Shown here: positions 61,193 through 64,000 of the stretch, one piece after another
Position numbering within the stretch: the first letter of the stretch is position 1
How the letters are laid out: every line of letters starts with the position of its first letter
From: Candidatus Woesearchaeota archaeon
GTDB taxonomy: Archaea > Nanobdellota > Nanobdellia > Woesearchaeales > UBA583
Length of the DNA: 64,000 bases
NCBI GenBank assembly: GCA_965205335.1
Contig: OZ242164.1
Span: forward strand, 320,001-384,000
Direction of reading: 5' to 3'
Position numbers and translations under genes: made by a program
Notes under the pieces: generated by a model
Told to the model about the DNA's origin: nothing
Seen by the model: only the letters and a program-made list of their open reading frames with translations
The model's database searches: none

Positions 61193-61320
61193 GGCTCTGT
61201 CCGGAAATTCAAGAGAACTTAAAATATTGTATCAATAAAGCAACTTTTGACGAATAATTTTTTTCTTTGATTGAATATAGTTAGCATAGATTTTGGAAAA
61301 AGCAATTTCCGGACAGAGCC
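61193..61320. mobile_element. Intact 128-bp MITE with perfect 17-bp TIRs and an 8-bp TSD
   Basis: TIRs GGCTCTGTCCGGAAATT / AATTTCCGGACAGAGCC. TSD TATTTCAG at 61185-61192 and 61321-61328. Confidence 0.92.
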
Positions 61321-61374
61321 TATTTCAGAATACTATAACAAACAACAATCATTATAATGATTTTAGGTATAAAA

Positions 61375-63144
61375 TTATACATAATAATATTCTCCTAAGG
61401 CTTTTTGTTTCTGATCATTTACAGAACCATCCTTATTTACTCTTGGTCTCTTATTTGAACTATCCCGCCTGAAAGTTATATCTAAATCCTTTAAAAACAA
61501 ATTCATTCCATCTCGCATACTTAGAGGTTCACTTGAAAATCCCTTTACCCCCTCCTCTCCCTGAAACACCAATAACTTATCTGAAAGATAATCCATAAAA
61601 ACCAAATCATGATCAATTATAAACGCAGATTTCTCCTTCATCTGAATGAAATTCTTAATTATCTTAGCTATCTTTAACCTATCCTCAACATCTAAAAATG
61701 CAGTAGGTTCATCAATAATATAAACCTGAGCTTCTGCAAGCAGGCATTTTGCAATAGCATACCTTTGCAGTTCCCCCCCTGAAAGGGTTTTAATAGATTT
61801 CTCTGCAATCGATGAAATATTTAAAGGATCTAAAACATACACCTGATAAAAATTATCTGTATAATTCTTATACTGCATCAAATCAAACTCAACCTGCTCC
61901 TTATCATCTCTTGGAACCATCTGTGGCTTATATGAAATTGGATTCTCATCTCCAAGTCCCTCTTCAAACAAATCATTTGCAAACGTGGACTTCCCAAGAG
62001 CATTCCTTCCTATAATCCCAATAATTTCTCCTTTCTTAATATCACCCTCTTTAACCTTCAACTTAAAATCTCCTGCTCTTAAATCTTTCTCTTCCCATTT
62101 TGCCATTACCTCAATCCTTTTGGCATCTTGAACTGACTCCTTATCAAACGTTATTGGCTTATCTCGAAACCTAACATTCTCTTCCTTTGAAAACCCTTCA
62201 AGATAAATATTTATCCCTGCCTTTGAAGACTTAACCCCCGTAAGCATTCCATAAATCCCTGACTGCCCATACATAATATTCACAAAATCACACAAATAAT
62301 CCAAAATAATCAAATCATGCTCAACAACTAAAACTGTCTTATTCTGAGCCTTTTCCTTAATTATCTTTGATGTATTAAACCGCTCAAAAATATCCAAATA
62401 ATTTGTAATCTCATCTAATATATAAAAATTCGTCTCATCCTTTAGAAGACAGGATGCAACTGCAACCCTTTGCAATTCCCCCCCTGAAATAACACCAATA
62501 TCCCTATCAAGAGCATTCCTTATATTTAATTTAGATGCTATCTCCTCAACTTTTGCCTTATCTGAATTTACTTTTAAAAGAAGTTTTTTAACCTTTCCTT
62601 TGAAAACATTTGGAATACTTACAATCTGCTGTGGTTTATACGCTATTTTAATCTCTCCTTTCTCTAATTTTCCTAAATAATTCTGAAGAGCAGTGCCCTT
62701 AAACATAGTATTTAAATGTTTAAAATAATCCTCATCAGGAATCTTTTCCTCCCCAAACTTTGCAAAATTTACTTTTATTGTATTTGCTAAAGAATTTATC
62801 ACTGTTGTCTTTCCTATCCCGTTTCTTCCAATAATTCCTGTAATTGCATTTTCCTGAATCAATGGTAAATCAAATATCCTAAACCCATTAGGCCCATACT
62901 GATGAATTGGAACTTTATCTTTCATATCCGGAAGATTAATAATAGTTATTGCTCCAAACGGACAAATCTTAGGACAAATCCCACATCCCGTGCACAATGT
63001 TTCATCAATGCCTGCCTTTTTGCCTTGATCCTCTTCATAAATACAATCTGAACCAGTCATATTTACAGGGCATTGCTTCATACACAACCAACCACACAAA
63101 TGAGGTTTACACTTCTCCTTATCAATAACTGCAATTCTTGGCAT
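61375..63144 (-). CDS. rli1: ABCE1/Rli1 ribosome recycling ATPase
   Basis: N-terminal Fe-S cysteines (CTGCGICPKICP), two LSGGELQ-type NBDs, and ITFRRD...RPRVNK. Confidence 0.97.
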   Translation of the reverse strand: MPRIAVIDKEKCKPHLCGWLCMKQCPVNMTGSDCIYEEDQGKKAGIDETLCTGCGICPKICPFGAITIINLPDMKDKVPIHQYGPNGFRIFDLPLIQENAITGIIGRNGIGKTTVINSLANTIKVNFAKFGEEKIPDEDYFKHLNTMFKGTALQNYLGKLEKGEIKIAYKPQQIVSIPNVFKGKVKKLLLKVNSDKAKVEEIASKLNIRNALDRDIGVISGGELQRVAVASCLLKDETNFYILDEITNYLDIFERFNTSKIIKEKAQNKTVLVVEHDLIILDYLCDFVNIMYGQSGIYGMLTGVKSSKAGINIYLEGFSKEENVRFRDKPITFDKESVQDAKRIEVMAKWEEKDLRAGDFKLKVKEGDIKKGEIIGIIGRNALGKSTFANDLFEEGLGDENPISYKPQMVPRDDKEQVEFDLMQYKNYTDNFYQVYVLDPLNISSIAEKSIKTLSGGELQRYAIAKCLLAEAQVYIIDEPTAFLDVEDRLKIAKIIKNFIQMKEKSAFIIDHDLVFMDYLSDKLLVFQGEEGVKGFSSEPLSMRDGMNLFLKDLDITFRRDSSNKRPRVNKDGSVNDQKQKALGEYYYV

Positions 63145-63166
63145 TTTAAATCAACACAAATTTGAT

Positions 63167-63487
63167 TTACTCAACAGAAATCTTCTTTGAGCGAATACCC
63201 TTATCAGCAGAAACATTTGTCTTATTACACTCCGTGCACGTATACCTTAAATCCGTCTTTTTTGAATGCTTCTTATTAAATCTCTTCCATGAATTCAATG
63301 CACCTCTTGACCTTGCCCCCTTATTACCAGTTCCAGTTGTAAGCCCTCTTAACTTCATTCTAATCTGAGAAAATCTAGTCATAGGATGAGTTTTGTTCTT
63401 CCCCCTATTTTTCTCATTTTTAACTTTCTGAAGAGTATGTTTTTTGCACTTAGAACAGAACCTCTTCATCTCTTTTGGAATCTTCAT
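63167..63487 (-). CDS. rpl44e: 50S ribosomal protein L44e (eL42)
   Basis: MKIPK...FCSKCKKHT...KKTDLRYTCTECNK zinc ribbon. Confidence 0.93.
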   Translation of the reverse strand: MKIPKEMKRFCSKCKKHTLQKVKNEKNRGKNKTHPMTRFSQIRMKLRGLTTGTGNKGARSRGALNSWKRFNKKHSKKTDLRYTCTECNKTNVSADKGIRSKKISVE

Positions 63488-63586
63488 ACTAATAATTAAT
63501 TTAAGAAGTTTTATAAAGGTTAGGTTTTGCCCCCCACTTACATCATCAAGAATTTATAATCTTAAAAAAAGAATAAAAAACAAAAT

Positions 63587-64000
63587 TTAACAAGTTATAG
63601 GAAAATTTGGTTTATTAGAAGATGTAAATAAAGTAGCACCATTACTAAAGTCTTGACAATTAACAATAATATTCACATTCCAACCACTCAAATCCTGATT
63701 AAATGAAGTTGCACTATCAAACATATTATTCATATACTTAACATTACCTACATCCCAACCACTCAAATTACTATTAAATAAACTTGCTCCTTGGAACATA
63801 TCATTCATATTTGTAACTCTGCTCACGTTCCAAAGACTCAAATCACTATTAAATGAACTTGCTCCTTGGAATATATTTTTCATACTTGTAGCCTTATGTA
63901 CATTCCAAAGACTCAAATCACTATTAAATGAACTTGCTCCTTGGAACATATTATTCATATTTAAAACATTACTTACATCCCAATTGCTCAAATCACCATT
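63587..64000 (-). CDS. DUF285/BspA-like repeat surface protein, 5'-partial
   Basis: 25-aa repeats WDVSNV.NM..MF.GASSFN.DLS (75-bp period). Confidence 0.88.
   Translation of the reverse strand, partial: NGDLSNWDVSNVLNMNNMFQGASSFNSDLSLWNVHKATSMKNIFQGASSFNSDLSLWNVSRVTNMNDMFQGASLFNSNLSGWDVGNVKYMNNMFDSATSFNQDLSGWNVNIIVNCQDFSNGATLFTSSNKPNFPITC

Noticed and set aside
1-64000. tRNA, rRNA or structured ncRNA genes
   Set aside because: No GC-rich cloverleaf or rRNA-like stretch was seen by eye; tRNAscan-SE or Infernal would be needed to exclude them.
63700-64000. 75-bp tandem repeats at the window end
   Set aside because: Ordinary DUF285/BspA-like coding repeats.

Overview
AT-rich archaeal DNA, probably from a DPANN lineage (Woesearchaeota/Pacearchaeota-like). 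The core markers are elp3, ABCE1/Rli1 and rpl44e, and promoters are TATA-type. About 49.5 kb (1597-51015) lies between the 3' end of elp3 and a diverged 66-bp copy of that same 3' end, which reads as an island integrated into elp3. The island's left part is a scrambled defence region. It holds one apparently intact and one decayed type I R-M system, GmrSD-like, Vsr, Dcm, a GHKL-histidine kinase with a receiver protein, a Schlafen/AlbA protein, HEPN proteins, several toxin-antitoxin modules and many gene fragments. The right part is a 5178-aa cadherin/FN3 surface protein preceded by a poly-G leader ORF. Outside the island are the liv and aap amino-acid ABC transporters, ABCE1, rpl44e and a DUF285/BspA-like repeat gene. 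The strongest unexplained pattern is about 14 IS6-like element ends (GGYWCTRT-like) that each sit 14 (+/-1) bp upstream of a TATA box. This suggests promoter-guided transposition that shuffles genes together with their promoters. All calls were made by eye from motifs; no database searches were run.
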